A stretch of DNA of 64,000 nt from Desulfatiglandales bacterium (GCA_963666345.1 OY762721.1:640001-704000); one strand, 5' to 3'; positions 19,552 through 31,070 are shown, counted from the first letter of the stretch. The notes: generated from the sequence alone by a model not told the origin. Made by a program: numbers and translations.

Positions 19552-20476
19552 TCCTGGCTCCTCCAATTAAGAGATAAAGGATCGCCATTCGCACGGCGAC
19601 CCCGTTGTTAACTTGATCAAGAATTACAGAGCGGACATCCTCCGCAACCTCGGATGTAATTTCCACGCCCCTGTTCATAGGCCCTGGATGCATTATAATG
19701 GCGTCAGACTTGGCATTTTTGATACTTTCACGGTTCAACCCAAAAAACCTGGCATATTCCCTCATACCGGGGAACAACGCCCTGTTCTGTCTTTCAAGTT
19801 GTATCCTAAGAAGCATAATGACATCTTTATCCTTTATGGCCTTGCGGCAGTTGTTCTCGACCTTTACACCCATTGATTCGATATCACAGGGGATCATGGT
19901 GGGGGGACCGGACACCGTAACCGAAGCCCCCATTTTGGTCAATCCGAGGATATTTGATCTTGCTACCCTGCTGTGGGAGATATCGCCCAGGATTACAACA
20001 TCCAAACCTTTTATTTTCCCCTTCTTTTCCCTCATGGTATACAGATCAAGAAGGGCCTGGGTCGGATGCTCATTTATACCGTCACCTGCATTTATAACCC
20101 CGGCTCTCACCTCTCTGGCAAGTATATGAGGCGCTCCGGTTGATGAATGCCTCAATACGATCACATCAGGATTCATTGCCTGAAGGTTTCTGGCCGTATC
20201 TATGAGGGTTTCACCCTTTACCATGCTGCTTCCGCCTGCTGAAAGGCTGAAGGTATCAGCGCTCAGCCTTTTGGCCGCGATTTCAAAAGATGTCCTGGTT
20301 CTTGTGCTTGGTTCATAAAAAAAATTTACCACAGATTTGCCCCTCAGGGTAGGCACCTTCTTTATTTCACGACTGGAGATCTCCTTAAGAGATTCGGCTG
20401 TTTCGAAAATAATCTCCAGATCCTGCACCGAAAGGTCTCCTATTCCCAAAAGGTCTTTATGCTCGAAGCGCTTCAC
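19535..20476 (-). CDS. pyrB: Aspartate carbamoyltransferase catalytic subunit
   Basis: [35 protein letters not shown] and [10 protein letters not shown] motifs. GTG start 9 nt after GGAGG. Confidence 0.97.
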   Translation of the reverse strand: MKRFEHKDLLGIGDLSVQDLEIIFETAESLKEISSREIKKVPTLRGKSVVNFFYEPSTRTRTSFEIAAKRLSADTFSLSAGGSSMVKGETLIDTARNLQAMNPDVIVLRHSSTGAPHILAREVRAGVINAGDGINEHPTQALLDLYTMREKKGKIKGLDVVILGDISHSRVARSNILGLTKMGASVTVSGPPTMIPCDIESMGVKVENNCRKAIKDKDVIMLLRIQLERQNRALFPGMREYARFFGLNRESIKNAKSDAIIMHPGPMNRGVEITSEVAEDVRSVILDQVNNGVAVRMAILYLLIGGARSDNLD

Positions 20477-20490
20477 CTGCAATCACCTCC

Positions 20491-20530
20491 AAAAAAAAAC
20501 CTCCCTACCAGAATACTGGCAAGGAGGCTT
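20491..20530 (-). terminator. Terminator/attenuator hairpin directly abutting the pyrB SD
   Basis: GCCUCCUUGCCAG-UAUU-CUGGUAGGGAGG, then U9, then GGAGGUG. Confidence 0.8.
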
Positions 20531-20628
20531 CGATTATTGCTCCTAGATACAATCATAGTCGACACTAGGCATTTCTTTATTAAAGGAATCAGAAAGGGAT
20601 ATAAAGATTACGCTCCATTAACAATCTG

Positions 20629-21204
20629 CTAGGCTTTTGGATCGTTTTCGTTTTCCTTTTCATTCTCTCCTTCCACAACCTCTTCAATTTTATCTTCCTT
20701 CATTGTTTTCTTATCATCAGCTACCGGCGTCCCTTTGTCAATTTTTTCCTGACTTTTTACCTTTTTAACGGCGGCAGCACTTTTTTTCTTCTGCTCCGTC
20801 TTAGCCGATTTCATCTTTCTGCTCTTCTTCGAGGTCTTTTTTTCTTCTTCTCCAGGCAGAAGCTGTACGATTGACATGGCAGCACCGTCACCCTTTCGGT
20901 TCCCCATCTTAACAATCCTCAAGTATCCGCCTTGTCTGTCCGTATACCTGTCCTTCAATACATCGAAGAGACTATGGGTCACCGCCTTATCTTTCATATA
21001 TGCTAGCGCCTGCCGTCTGGCATGAAGATCCCCTCTTTTTGCGAGACCAATCATTTTTTCCGCAACGGGCCTTATCGCTTTCGCCTTTGCATCGGTGGTC
21101 TGTATATTTTCGTACTTAAATAGGGCGGTCACCATATTCCTCAACATAGCCCTGCGGTGACTCGAATTACGTGCCAGCTGACTTCCTGATTTCCTGTGCC
21201 TCAT
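20629..21204 (-). CDS. rplQ: 50S ribosomal protein L17 with long charged C-terminal tail
   Basis: [24 protein letters not shown] and R.GGYLRI motifs. Confidence 0.97.
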   Translation of the reverse strand: MRHRKSGSQLARNSSHRRAMLRNMVTALFKYENIQTTDAKAKAIRPVAEKMIGLAKRGDLHARRQALAYMKDKAVTHSLFDVLKDRYTDRQGGYLRIVKMGNRKGDGAAMSIVQLLPGEEEKKTSKKSRKMKSAKTEQKKKSAAAVKKVKSQEKIDKGTPVADDKKTMKEDKIEEVVEGENEKENENDPKA

Positions 21205-22235
21205 TTATCTAAATCCTCTTCATCTGCATCACCTTCGTCAGCCTTTTCGGGAAGGTGGAAATTATCCAGTTTCATGCCTAACGAAAGACCCATCTCATCA
21301 AGGATTGACTTGATTTCGTTGAGGGACTTCCTTCCGAAATTCTTTGTTTTCAGCATTTCCTGCTCAGTCTTCTGTACAAGCTCCCCGATCATGGTAATGT
21401 TAGCATTCTTGAGACAATTAGCAGAACGCACTGACAATTCCAACTCAGAGACGGGCCTGAAGAGATTCTCGTTTAATTCCACCTCTTTTTCTTCTTCCTC
21501 TTCATCAACCGGCTCAGGCTCCTCCTCAAAGCTGATAAACGGATTCATTTGTTCTTTCAGTATCTTGGCAGCAAAAGCAACCGCGTCTTCAGGGCTTAAA
21601 CTCCCATCTGTCCATACTTCAAGCGTCAGTTTATCGTAATCAGTAATCTGACCAACCCTTGCATTTGTAACGACATAGTTTACTTTTTCCAAAGGAGAAA
21701 ACACTGCATCGATTGATATCACACCAATAGGCTGATCCTTTTCCTTTGTCCGCTCGATTGGGATATAACCTTTTCCTGACCTTACGTTTATCTCCATATT
21801 GAGATTGGCTTCTTTATTTAGAGTAGCAATATGCTGGCCAGGATTCATTATCTCGACCAAACCGTGTGTTTCGATGTCTTTAGCCGTAACCTCGCCTTCA
21901 CCACTTTTGGAAACGTGAATAACGGCCTCTTCCACATCAATCAATTTTGGTCTGATCTCCTTAAGATTCAAAATAATATCCGCGACATCCTCAAGTACAC
22001 CGGGGATCGTCGAAAATTCATGCCGCACTCCGTCAAATCTCACTGAGACTATGGCCGCCCCTTGCAGTGAAGACAGAAGTATGCGCCTTAGCGAATTTCC
22101 TATAGTTATTCCAAAGCCCCTTTCAAGAGGTTCACAAACAAATTTCCCATAAGTTTTTGTCGAGCTTCCCTGATCAATTTCAACCCTCTTAGGTTTGATC
22201 AGTTCCCTCCAGTTTCTGCTCTTTAAATCTGCCAA
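21201..22235 (-). CDS. rpoA: RNA polymerase alpha subunit
   Basis: [34 protein letters not shown] and [10 protein letters not shown] motifs. Confidence 0.99.
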   Translation of the reverse strand: MADLKSRNWRELIKPKRVEIDQGSSTKTYGKFVCEPLERGFGITIGNSLRRILLSSLQGAAIVSVRFDGVRHEFSTIPGVLEDVADIILNLKEIRPKLIDVEEAVIHVSKSGEGEVTAKDIETHGLVEIMNPGQHIATLNKEANLNMEINVRSGKGYIPIERTKEKDQPIGVISIDAVFSPLEKVNYVVTNARVGQITDYDKLTLEVWTDGSLSPEDAVAFAAKILKEQMNPFISFEEEPEPVDEEEEEKEVELNENLFRPVSELELSVRSANCLKNANITMIGELVQKTEQEMLKTKNFGRKSLNEIKSILDEMGLSLGMKLDNFHLPEKADEGDADEEDLDK

Positions 22236-22556
22236 AAGGGCCTCCCCCTTTTTAAGGTTTTATATCAAACCGCCTCGACCTTAAAACGCAACGCTCAACT
22301 TTTCACCAATAGGTCGCCCGGCACTATAAAATCCGGCGATATGAATATCGAAATAATAAGCCTTCTTAAAATACCCAATCTATATTGACTAGGAAAATTT
22401 ATTTTAATAACTATTACGGCGAACCTTGCTGATCCGGAAATTCAGCCAGCAGTTCAGGTTGCTCTTGGGAATTCTGAAAAAATCAGAGCATCGATGTGTT
22501 AACAGGCCATCTTACTAAGGCAACCCCCCACAGTCTGTTTTAATTGTAAAGCAACT

Positions 22557-23186
22557 CTATTTGGAATACAACTCTACAATAAGCTGTTCATGTATAGGCA
22601 TAGTTAGTTCTTCTCGGTTTGGAACCGCCTGCAAAACACCACGGAATTTTTCTTTCTCAAGTTCTATCCAGTTCGGAACGCCACGGCGTACAACGGTCTC
22701 CATAGCCCCAAGAATTTGGGGAACATTGCGGCTCTTTTCTCTGACCTCCACAACATCTCCCGGCCTGACAATATAAGAAGGAATATTGACTTTTCTGTCA
22801 TTAACAATAAAATGGTTGTGTTTAACCATCTGTCTTGCCTGATTTCTTGAAGATGAGAATCCCATTCTGTACACAATGTTGTCCAGGCGTGATTCAAGTA
22901 AAACCAGAAGATTGGTACCTGTAATCCCTTTCTGCCTGTCAGCCCTCGCGTAGTATCCTCTGAACTGCTTCTCCAGCACACCGTAGAGCCTTTTTACCTT
23001 CTGTTTTTCCCTGAGCTGTGCTCTATAATCCGAAGCTTTCCCGCTCCGCCTTTGTCCATGTTGCCCCGGTGGGAAAGCCCTTCTCTCAAAGGCACACTTG
23101 TCGCTGTAACAGCGATCACCCTTTAAAAACAATTTCATATTTTCCCGCCTGCAAAGCCGGCACAATGAACCTCTATATCTGGCCAA
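22557..23186 (-). CDS. rpsD: 30S ribosomal protein S4 (Cys-containing form)
   Basis: MARY.G..CRLCRRE, QLREKQK, LESRLDN and IVELYSK motifs. Confidence 0.99.
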   Translation of the reverse strand: MARYRGSLCRLCRRENMKLFLKGDRCYSDKCAFERRAFPPGQHGQRRSGKASDYRAQLREKQKVKRLYGVLEKQFRGYYARADRQKGITGTNLLVLLESRLDNIVYRMGFSSSRNQARQMVKHNHFIVNDRKVNIPSYIVRPGDVVEVREKSRNVPQILGAMETVVRRGVPNWIELEKEKFRGVLQAVPNREELTMPIHEQLIVELYSK

Positions 23187-23271
23187 AAGAGCCCCTCCTC
23201 AAGATTTTAAATTGAAATTAAAAATAATACAAAAAAAGCCGATTTTTCTCTGCACGCCTTTTTGAGTAATC

Positions 23272-23667
23272 CTATACTCTCCGTCTCTTCGGGGGCCTGC
23301 ATCCATTGTGAGGAATCGGAGTAACATCACGTATAATTGTGACGGTAAAGCCATCAACCTGAAGAGCCCTCAAGGCAGCTTCACGACCGACACCGGGACC
23401 CTTAACACGTACTTCCGCCACCCTCATTCCCTGCTCCATGGCCTGAGTGATTGCATCCTTTCCAGCCATCTGGGCGGCAAAAGGAGTGCTCTTGCGGGAT
23501 CCTTTAAAGCCGGCTCTTCCGGAACTTGATTGTGCTATCACATTTCCGGAAAGATCGGTTACAGTAACAACCGTATTGTTAAATGTGGACTGTATATGAA
23601 CTATTCCGTTAGGAACATTTTTCTTTTCCTTTTTTCCTTTGCCCTTCTTTCTGACGGTCTTTGCCAT
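23272..23667 (-). CDS. rpsK: 30S ribosomal protein S11
   Basis: [14 protein letters not shown] and [18 protein letters not shown] motifs. Confidence 0.99.
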   Translation of the reverse strand: MAKTVRKKGKGKKEKKNVPNGIVHIQSTFNNTVVTVTDLSGNVIAQSSSGRAGFKGSRKSTPFAAQMAGKDAITQAMEQGMRVAEVRVKGPGVGREAALRALQVDGFTVTIIRDVTPIPHNGCRPPKRRRV

Positions 23668-23683
23668 TCTAATTCCTCACCTA

Positions 23684-24055
23684 CTATTTTTTCTTTCTGC
23701 TCATAACAGCCCTTCTTGGGCCCTTCCTCGTCCTTGCGTTTGTGGAGGTTCTCTGGCCGTGAACAGGCAAACCTCGCCTGTGTCTAAGGCCTCTGTAGGC
23801 CCCAAGATCCATGAGCCTCTTAATATTCATGGAAATATCTCGTCTAAGATCCCCCTCAACAGTGAATTTCTCATCAATAATGTTTCTAACTTTTGCGAGA
23901 TCTTCTCCGCTTATATCGTCTGATTTTATATCCCAATCGATACCAGCTTCGCTCAATATTTTCTGTGCGGAGGTCCTGCCTATTCCATAGATATAGGTAA
24001 GAGCTATTTCCATCCTCTTGGCCTTGGGTAAATCAACTCCAGCAATACGTGCCAA
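23684..24055 (-). CDS. rpsM: 30S ribosomal protein S13
   Basis: [10 protein letters not shown] and [24 protein letters not shown] motifs. Confidence 0.99.
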   Translation of the reverse strand: MARIAGVDLPKAKRMEIALTYIYGIGRTSAQKILSEAGIDWDIKSDDISGEDLAKVRNIIDEKFTVEGDLRRDISMNIKRLMDLGAYRGLRHRRGLPVHGQRTSTNARTRKGPRRAVMSRKKK

Positions 24056-24078
24056 TCTTCACTCCTATTAAAAATGTA

Positions 24079-24192
24079 TTATCCTTGTCTTTGTTTATGT
24101 CTGGGATTCTCGCAAATGACCCGAGTAATTCCCCTTCGCCTGATTATTTTGCATTTTTTACAAATTTTCTTTACTGAAGGTCTTACTTTCAT
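24079..24192 (-). CDS. rpmJ: 50S ribosomal protein L36 (not in ORF track)
   Basis: Hand translation: [37 protein letters not shown]. Confidence 0.98.
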   Translation of the reverse strand: MKVRPSVKKICKKCKIIRRRGITRVICENPRHKQRQG

Positions 24193-24229
24193 AACAGTGA
24201 TTCTCCCCTTCCTGCCCGATCAATAAGCT

Positions 24230-24445
24230 CTAACCTCGATAGACAATACGCCCCCTGCTCAGGTCATAGGGAGAAAGCTCCACTAGGACCTTGTCACCTG
24301 GGAGAATTTTAATAAAATTCTTTCTGATCTTCCCCGAAACATGCCCAAGCACACGATGTCCGTTCTTTAACTCAAGCCTGAACATCGCATTAGGCAACGT
24401 CTCTATTACTACACCTTCCACCTCTATTGCTTCTTCCTTGGCCAT
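24230..24445 (-). CDS. infA: Translation initiation factor IF-1
   Basis: [20 protein letters not shown] and [12 protein letters not shown] motifs. Confidence 0.99.
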   Translation of the reverse strand: MAKEEAIEVEGVVIETLPNAMFRLELKNGHRVLGHVSGKIRKNFIKILPGDKVLVELSPYDLSRGRIVYRG

Positions 24446-24484
24446 GTCTTACCTTAGCATCACAGTCAGTAACCGCGCTTAACG

Positions 24485-25798
24485 CTATCTTGTTCTACCA
24501 AAGCCCTTTTTCATAAAGCCTTCATAATGACGCGTCAGCATATGGGACTCAATCTGGCTTGTAGTATCCATGGCTACACCTACAACAATAAGCAACGCAG
24601 TCCCGCCGAAATAAAAAGGTACATTTAATTTATAGATCAAAATCTGTGGAAGAATACATATGGCCGAAACGTATAATGCACCCGAAAAAGTTATCCTTGT
24701 TAAAACACGGTCGATATATTCCGCAGTGTTTTTCCCAGGCCGTATACCGGGTATAAATCCACCGCTTCTTTTCATATTGTCAGCCACATCAACAGGATTA
24801 AAATGTACAGCCGTATAAAAATAACAGAAAAAGAATATAAATCCTACGTAGATAAGGCTGTATATGACATGCCCGGGAGCCAATGCATCAACAACAAATT
24901 GAAGCCAGGGCATCTGCTCCTGATTAAGGAAGTTCGCAATGGTAGCGGGGAACATTATGATAGATGAAGCGAAAATTGGAGGAATAACACCCGCAGTATT
25001 AACCTTTAATGGCAAATGAGTGCTCTGACCTCCATACATCCTTCGTCCTACCACTCTTTTTGCATACTGTACAGGGATCCTCCTTTGACCTCTTTCCACG
25101 AAAACGATCAGGCCAATCACGCCGATCATAAGGGCTATTATGATCACCATGAAAAATGCTGACACCTCCCCTGTACCCATCAACCTGAATGTATTGGCAA
25201 CTGCCACAGGAAACCGCGCCACGATTCCCGAAAAGATAATAAGAGAGATCCCGTTACCGATACCCCTCTCGGTGATCTGTTCTCCCAGCCACATCAAAAA
25301 GGAAGTCCCGGCGGTCAGGGTGATAACGGTCAGCAGTCTGAACGCCCAACCGCCGTCCGGCACGATCATTGCCCCGCCCGGGCTTGTCATATTTTCAAGG
25401 CCAACAGCTATCCCAAATCCCTGTATGGCACTTAAAACAACCGTACCATACCTGGTATATTGGGTAATTTTCTTCCTTCCCTGCTCCCCTTCTTTCTTCA
25501 ATTTTTCAAGGTACGGGACAACAACGGTCATTAGCTCCAATATAATGGAGGCACTAATGTAGGGCATTATTCCCAAGGCCATAACGGACATCTGGCTCAA
25601 TGCCCCCCCGGAAAACATGTCAAACAGCCCGAACAAAGTTCCCTGCTTTGAGCTGAAAAATGCAGAAAGGGCAGCTCCGTCTATCCCGGGAGTAGGTATA
25701 TGACAACCTAGTCTGTATACGGCAAGCATTAATACCGTAAATATTATTCTTTTTTTTAGTTCCGGTATCTTACCGATGTTTTGAAAACCACCTAACAC
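24485..25798 (-). CDS. secY: Preprotein translocase SecY
   Basis: [41 protein letters not shown] and FIPGIRPG motifs. Confidence 0.99.
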   Translation of the reverse strand: MLGGFQNIGKIPELKKRIIFTVLMLAVYRLGCHIPTPGIDGAALSAFFSSKQGTLFGLFDMFSGGALSQMSVMALGIMPYISASIILELMTVVVPYLEKLKKEGEQGRKKITQYTRYGTVVLSAIQGFGIAVGLENMTSPGGAMIVPDGGWAFRLLTVITLTAGTSFLMWLGEQITERGIGNGISLIIFSGIVARFPVAVANTFRLMGTGEVSAFFMVIIIALMIGVIGLIVFVERGQRRIPVQYAKRVVGRRMYGGQSTHLPLKVNTAGVIPPIFASSIIMFPATIANFLNQEQMPWLQFVVDALAPGHVIYSLIYVGFIFFFCYFYTAVHFNPVDVADNMKRSGGFIPGIRPGKNTAEYIDRVLTRITFSGALYVSAICILPQILIYKLNVPFYFGGTALLIVVGVAMDTTSQIESHMLTRHYEGFMKKGFGRTR

Positions 25799-25816
25799 TT
25801 GGGCACTCTCCTATCT

Positions 25817-26257
25817 TCAGATAACCATGACCGTTCCGCCTGCAGCCTCAACCTTCTGTCTGGCGGTTCTACTCACTTTGCTTACCTTGATATTGACAGG
25901 GCAAGATATCTCGCCGTCTCCCAGCAATTTGATCCCATCCTTTAATTTCTTGACAAGACCAGCATCCTTTAGCAGGTTTTCATCAATTTCAGGAGTATCT
26001 TCAAACACGGCCAAATCCTTTACGTTTATGGTAACGTATTCTTTCCTGAACACGTTGTTGAAGCCCCTTTTAGGAAGTCTCCGGTGGAGCGGCATCTGCC
26101 CTCCCTCAAAGCCTGGACGTGGTCCGCCACCCGAACGCGACTTTTGTCCCTTATGTCCTCTGCAGGCAGTTTTACCGTGCCCCGAGCCTTCGCCTCTTGC
26201 GACTCTTTTTCTTTTCTTTCTGGATCCCTCTGAGGGAGAAAGTTCATCAATTCTCAT
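25817..26257 (-). CDS. rplO: 50S ribosomal protein L15
   Basis: GSGHGKT..RGHKGQKSRSG and GFEGGQMPL.RRLPKRGF motifs. Confidence 0.99.
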   Translation of the reverse strand: MRIDELSPSEGSRKKRKRVARGEGSGHGKTACRGHKGQKSRSGGGPRPGFEGGQMPLHRRLPKRGFNNVFRKEYVTINVKDLAVFEDTPEIDENLLKDAGLVKKLKDGIKLLGDGEISCPVNIKVSKVSRTARQKVEAAGGTVMVI

Positions 26258-26276
26258 ATCAAATTCCCTGTCACCT

Positions 26277-26453
26277 TCAGCCGACCCTCACGAGGAATGT
26301 AACTTTTTCTATCATACCTCGTATGGCAGCCGTGTTTTTCAGTTCAACCGTTTTATTCAACTTGGTCAAGCCTAATCCCCTCAGGGTATCACGAATCTTC
26401 TTGTTCTTTCCAATTCGGCTTTTTACTAGAGTTACTTTGATAGTCTCAGTCAT
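26277..26453 (-). CDS. rpmD: 50S ribosomal protein L30 (not in ORF track)
   Basis: Hand translation: MTETIKVTLVKSRIGKNKKIRDTLRGLGLTKLNKTVELKNTAAIRGMIEKVTFLVRVG*. Confidence 0.97.
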   Translation of the reverse strand: MTETIKVTLVKSRIGKNKKIRDTLRGLGLTKLNKTVELKNTAAIRGMIEKVTFLVRVG

Positions 26454-26481
26454 AATTAAAACTCGTTCCGAAACATATATG

Positions 26482-26979
26482 TTAATGCATTAACTCCTCG
26501 ACACTTTTACCTCTCAGTCTTGCAAACTGTTCGGGAGTTCTCAATGACCTAAGTCCCTTTAGGGTAGCTCTGACAATATTGTGAGTATTATGGGAGCCGA
26601 GGCACTTCGTAAGGATATTCTGCACCCCAACCGCCTCAAGGACAGCCCTTACAGCACCGCCGGCGATCAATCCGGTGCCAGGTCCGGCCGGTTTTAAAAG
26701 AACACGGCCCGCGCCCCACTCACCTATCACCTCGTGTGGTATGCTGGCATTATAAAGGGAAACATTTTGCATATCTTTTTTGGCCTTTTCTATACCCTTT
26801 CGTATGGCTTCAGGCACCTGATTAGCCTTTCCCACTCCGCTCCCAACCGAACCGTTTCCGTCTCCTACGATCACAATTGCGCTGAAGCTGAACCTCCGGC
26901 CGCCCTTAACCACCTTGGCCACCCGGTTTATATGCACCACCTTTTCAATAAGCTGTTTTTCTTCTTCTTCCTTATACAA
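26482..26979 (-). CDS. rpsE: 30S ribosomal protein S5
   Basis: [16 protein letters not shown] and GTGLIAGG motifs. Confidence 0.99.
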   Translation of the reverse strand: MYKEEEEKQLIEKVVHINRVAKVVKGGRRFSFSAIVIVGDGNGSVGSGVGKANQVPEAIRKGIEKAKKDMQNVSLYNASIPHEVIGEWGAGRVLLKPAGPGTGLIAGGAVRAVLEAVGVQNILTKCLGSHNTHNIVRATLKGLRSLRTPEQFARLRGKSVEELMH

Positions 26980-27051
26980 GGTTCCTCTCCCTTAATCTTC
27001 CATAAACCGCGACCGCGGTTTACTCTGCTATAAAAAAATCCAGCATGCCCC

Positions 27052-27420
27052 TTAAAATACAAGGCCCTTTTCACGCGCCGCTTCCGAAAGGGCTTTAACC
27101 CTTCCATGATAAAGAAAACCGTTTCTATCAAAAACTACTTTCCTTATTCCTTTTTCAATAGCCTTTTCCGCTATCAGAGCGCCAACGATCGCCGCCCCCT
27201 CCTTGTTCCCGCCCCTACTTTTTACATTTTCATCCAGACCCTTTGAGAGAGATGAGGCGGATACCAGGGATCTTCCGGTAACGTCATCTATTATCTGCGC
27301 ATATATGTATCTTAGACTCTTGAAAACACATAACCGAGGTCTGTCACTGCTACCCCTGACTTTCCTACGCACTCTCTTTTTCCTTCTTAATCTCGCTTCG
27401 GTTCTACTAACGGATCCCAT
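27052..27420 (-). CDS. rplR: 50S ribosomal protein L18
   Basis: [15 protein letters not shown] and [14 protein letters not shown] motifs. Confidence 0.99.
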   Translation of the reverse strand: MGSVSRTEARLRRKKRVRRKVRGSSDRPRLCVFKSLRYIYAQIIDDVTGRSLVSASSLSKGLDENVKSRGGNKEGAAIVGALIAEKAIEKGIRKVVFDRNGFLYHGRVKALSEAAREKGLVF

Positions 27421-27545
27421 TAAAACCCCTCATATTCACTTATTATATCCATGCACTTTGATCTAGGCTCACTTAATTACAATTACAAGCCTGATCAACG
27501 AATTACGAAATTTCCATCAAACAAAGAGAACCCAAAAGGTGACAT

Positions 27546-28079
27546 CTACGCTCCAGCCTTACCGGCCTTTCTTCTAATGGTTTCTTCAGCATACTTTATG
27601 CCTTTACCCTTGTATGGTTCGGGCTTTCTGAAGTCCCTTATTTTCGCAGCAGTGAGCCCTAACAATTCCTTATCGATTCCCCTCAAAGTTATCTTGGATT
27701 TATCGATATTTGCGTCAATACCGTCAGGTAATTCAAAATTTATAGGATGAGAATACCCCAGGTTTAGAACAACAGAATTACCTTTCACTTCGGCCCTGTA
27801 TCCCACACCGTTTATCTCCAAAATCCTTTCAAAACCCACTGATACCCCTCTGACCATGTTGGATACAAGCACTCTGAAAAGCCCGTGGAGAGACCTTGAC
27901 GTCGCTGAATTATCCTGAACTGAGACCTCTACCTTGTCCTCAAAGAGATCGATTTTCACATTAGGGTGGATATTCTGATTTAACTCCCCTTTTGGCCCTT
28001 TTACAGTAAGGCTTTCACCATTCTGCTTGACCTCTACTCCCTTAGGTATTGGGATAGGCTTTTTACCTACACGTGACAT
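27546..28079 (-). CDS. rplF: 50S ribosomal protein L6
   Basis: [15 protein letters not shown] and [10 protein letters not shown] motifs. Confidence 0.99.
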   Translation of the reverse strand: MSRVGKKPIPIPKGVEVKQNGESLTVKGPKGELNQNIHPNVKIDLFEDKVEVSVQDNSATSRSLHGLFRVLVSNMVRGVSVGFERILEINGVGYRAEVKGNSVVLNLGYSHPINFELPDGIDANIDKSKITLRGIDKELLGLTAAKIRDFRKPEPYKGKGIKYAEETIRRKAGKAGA

Positions 28080-28136
28080 CAAAAACCCCCGCTTTTATCC
28101 GAGCCATGAAACATGGCAAAGAATGGAAATATTTTC

Positions 28137-28535
28137 TTACCAAACAGAACAGATGATTTCCCCGCCTATTCCTTCTTTCATGGCACTGGCATCTGTCATT
28201 AATCCTTTTGACGTAGATACGATACTAACGCCGAATCCATTTAACACATTAGGTATTTTATCATGCCTGGCATATATTCTACAACTAGGCTTACTAACCC
28301 TCTTAAGTCCGCCTATTACTGATGTGCCACCTTCGTCATAATTCAGATAAATACGTATCTGTCTATGGCGACCGTCAGAAACGATCCTGAAATTTTTAAT
28401 ATACCCTTCGGATTTCAATAACTTCGCGATATTTATTTTCAATTTTGAACTCGGAATGTCCACCGATTCATGAGAAGCTCTCGTAGCATTCCTTATTCTT
28501 GTCAACATATCGGCAATAGGATCTGTCATGGTCAT
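28137..28535 (-). CDS. rpsH: 30S ribosomal protein S8
   Basis: TDPIADMLTRIRNA, STSKG and GGEIIC.VW motifs. Confidence 0.99.
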   Translation of the reverse strand: MTMTDPIADMLTRIRNATRASHESVDIPSSKLKINIAKLLKSEGYIKNFRIVSDGRHRQIRIYLNYDEGGTSVIGGLKRVSKPSCRIYARHDKIPNVLNGFGVSIVSTSKGLMTDASAMKEGIGGEIICSVW

Positions 28536-28580
28536 TTATCTTACCCCTGTTTTACTTAAAAACCAAATTACACACAATTT

Positions 28581-28766
28581 CTACCAACTGGACTTAATGA
28601 CTCCAGGCAACTCGCCCTTTGATGCCAACATCCTGAAACAAATTCTGCATATTCCGAATTTCCTTAGGAATGCCCTGCTTCTCCCACAGATGGGGCATCT
28701 GTTATAATGACGTGTAGAAAATTTTGGTTTTCTTTGCGACTTAACTATAAGTGACTTACGTGCCAA
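28581..28766 (-). CDS. rpsZ: 30S ribosomal protein S14, 61-aa zinc-binding type Z
   Basis: TTG start after GGAGG; RCPICGR..CRICFR..GELPGV.KSSW. Confidence 0.97.
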   Translation of the reverse strand: MARKSLIVKSQRKPKFSTRHYNRCPICGRSRAFLRKFGICRICFRMLASKGELPGVIKSSW

Positions 28767-28776
28767 GGTATCCTCC

Positions 28777-29319
28777 CTATCGATCTCGGAAAGGCATTCC
28801 AAGTTGTTTCAGTAGGAATAGACCTTCCGCATCGGTTTCAGCCGTTGTGACTATAGAAATGTTCAGGCCTTTTACTTTATCGATTTTGTCATAGTCGATT
28901 TCAGGGAATATAATATGTTCCTTAATCCCTATAGTACAATTTCCCCTGCCATCGAATATCTTCTGTGAGATGCCCCTGAAATCCCTAACCCTCGCCAGAT
29001 CGATATTGAAAAGCTTGTCCAAAAAATCGAACATCCGTTCATGCCTAAGAGTCACCATGCATCCAATAGGCATGCCCTGTCGAAGTTTGAAACCCGCGAT
29101 TGATTTTTTCGCCTTGGTAACAACAGCCTTTTGCCCTGAAATAAGGCTAAGATCTTCTACAGCCGAATCAAGAGTCTTAATATTCTGAATGGCCTCGCCT
29201 AAACCCATATTGAGTACAACTGCCTTTAACTTCGGTACGGCCATGATACTCTTATACCCAAACTCTTTCATTAGAAGAGGCACGGCATCATTAAGATATT
29301 TTTCCTTCAGTCGAGACAA
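28777..29319 (-). CDS. rplE: 50S ribosomal protein L5
   Basis: TTG start after [24 protein letters not shown] and FDGRGN motifs. Confidence 0.98.
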   Translation of the reverse strand: MSRLKEKYLNDAVPLLMKEFGYKSIMAVPKLKAVVLNMGLGEAIQNIKTLDSAVEDLSLISGQKAVVTKAKKSIAGFKLRQGMPIGCMVTLRHERMFDFLDKLFNIDLARVRDFRGISQKIFDGRGNCTIGIKEHIIFPEIDYDKIDKVKGLNISIVTTAETDAEGLFLLKQLGMPFRDR

Positions 29320-29405
29320 AGAATCCTCCTCAACACTTTCCATTTCCTGATTAAATAAACGTTCTCACAAGTATTCAACATACAAACTTTTAGCGGCTAC
29401 ATGTA

Positions 29406-29735
29406 CTATCCATCCATCTGTTCACCACATTTCTTACAAATCCGTACCTTACTTCCATCTTCCAAAATGCGTTTTCCTATTCTGGTAGGCTCGGCGCATT
29501 TATTGCATACAATCATCAGGTTGGAGATCGACATGGGCGATTCCTTTTCTATTATCCCACCCTGAGGAGCATTTGCAGAGGGCCGTGAATGACGCTTTAC
29601 CATATTCAACTTTTCCACCACAGCACGCCATTTTTCGTAATCGGTCTTGAGGACAGTGCCAATTTTCCCCTTCTCTTTTCCAGCGATAACGATCACCTTG
29701 TCATCTTTTTTTATTCTTGGCTTTTTAGCTTTCAC
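29406..29735 (-). CDS. rplX: 50S ribosomal protein L24
   Basis: IKKDD.V.VIAGKEKGK.G and GGIIEKE motifs. GTG start inferred from a GGGAG RBS. Confidence 0.97.
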   Translation of the reverse strand: MKAKKPRIKKDDKVIVIAGKEKGKIGTVLKTDYEKWRAVVEKLNMVKRHSRPSANAPQGGIIEKESPMSISNLMIVCNKCAEPTRIGKRILEDGSKVRICKKCGEQMDG

Positions 29736-29772
29736 TTCAAACGCTCCCAAATACTCTTTTTTTTAACAAAGG

Positions 29773-30141
29773 CTAAAGCACTTCCGGCGCTAGCGAAATG
29801 ATCTTCATGAAATTTTTTGCCCTCAGCTCTCTTGCCACCGGGCCGAATATCCTGGTGCCGATCGGTTCCTTTTGTTGGTTTATCAAGACTGCAGAATTAT
29901 CATCAAACTTTATATATGAACCATCCGGCCTCGAAATTTCCTTGGCGGTTCTTACTATCACGGCACGTGACACATCACCCTTTTTGACTCTGGAGTTAGG
30001 CATAGCCTCTTTCACCGAAACAACAATTATATCCCCAACACTTGCGTACCGCCTCTTTGACCCTCCAAGCACTTTTATGCATGATAGAAGCTTTGCCCCG
30101 GAATTATCCGCAACTCTCAATTTAGTTTCTGTCTGTATCAT
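29773..30141 (-). CDS. rplN: 50S ribosomal protein L14
   Basis: [20 protein letters not shown] and ISLAPEVL motifs. Confidence 0.99.
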   Translation of the reverse strand: MIQTETKLRVADNSGAKLLSCIKVLGGSKRRYASVGDIIVVSVKEAMPNSRVKKGDVSRAVIVRTAKEISRPDGSYIKFDDNSAVLINQQKEPIGTRIFGPVARELRAKNFMKIISLAPEVL

Positions 30142-30175
30142 ATCATAATACCCGAACCCATATTGACTAACCTGG

Positions 30176-30442
30176 TTACCCTTCGACGTTCAACCTGGTG
30201 ATTATTCCCGTTACCGCCCATTTTTTCCGCTTACTCATAGGCCGGCTTTCGGTTATCCTTACCTTGTCCCCCATCTGACACTCATTCTTTTCGTCATGCG
30301 CCATATATTTGCAACGTCTTCTCACATATTTCTTGTATGTGGCATGCTTTGTCAATCTCTCGACAAGCACGAGAGCCGTCTTATCCATACGGTTACTAAC
30401 CACAGTCCCTACCAATCTTTTTCTCAATCCACGCTCTGCCAT
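30176..30442 (-). CDS. rpsQ: 30S ribosomal protein S17
   Basis: G.VVS..MDKT, AHDE.N and [10 protein letters not shown] motifs. Confidence 0.98.
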   Translation of the reverse strand: MAERGLRKRLVGTVVSNRMDKTALVLVERLTKHATYKKYVRRRCKYMAHDEKNECQMGDKVRITESRPMSKRKKWAVTGIITRLNVEG

Positions 30443-30454
30443 CGCTACCTCTTA

Positions 30455-30646
30455 CTAATTAATAGCCCTTTGTTTAAGGACTGTTTCGACACGGGCTATG
30501 TCCCTCTTGGTCTTTGGTATCATAGCGGTATTGCCCAGTTGTCCAGTAGCCTTCTGGAACCTCAAATTAAACAGTTCCTGACTAAGCTCTTTAACTTTTT
30601 CCTTGAGCTCTTCTTCACCCAGTTCCCGCAATTCGCTTGCCTTCAT
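30455..30646 (-). CDS. rpmC: 50S ribosomal protein L29
   Basis: [20 protein letters not shown] and RDIAR motifs. Confidence 0.98.
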   Translation of the reverse strand: MKASELRELGEEELKEKVKELSQELFNLRFQKATGQLGNTAMIPKTKRDIARVETVLKQRAIN

Positions 30647-30650
30647 GTCC

Positions 30651-31061
30651 TTATGCTCTCCTGCTTACAAATTTGGTTGCAAAAGGAAGTTTATGCCCTG
30701 CCAGCCTGAATGCCTCGGTTGCGACATCCTTTTCGATCCCTTCCAATTCGTACAGGATCTTTCCCGGCTTCACAACAGCAACCCATCCCTCAGGGGAACC
30801 CTTACCCTTACCCATTCTGGTTTCAAGAGGTTTCTTGCAAATCGGTTTATCAGGAAAAATACGTATCCATATCTTTCCCCCGCGCTTTACATGTCTTGTT
30901 ACTGCAACACGAGCAGACTCTATTTGTTGAGCCGACATAAAACCGCATTCCAAGGCCTGCAATCCATAGTCACCAAACTCAAGACAGCTTCCCCTATGAG
31001 CCTTGCCTTTGGTTCTGCCTTTTTGTTTTTTCCTGTATTTTACCTTTTTTGGGCTAAGCAT
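30651..31061 (-). CDS. rplP: 50S ribosomal protein L16
   Basis: [16 protein letters not shown] and RMGKGKG motifs. Confidence 0.99.
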   Translation of the reverse strand: MLSPKKVKYRKKQKGRTKGKAHRGSCLEFGDYGLQALECGFMSAQQIESARVAVTRHVKRGGKIWIRIFPDKPICKKPLETRMGKGKGSPEGWVAVVKPGKILYELEGIEKDVATEAFRLAGHKLPFATKFVSRRA

Positions 31062-31070
31062 ATGTCATTC

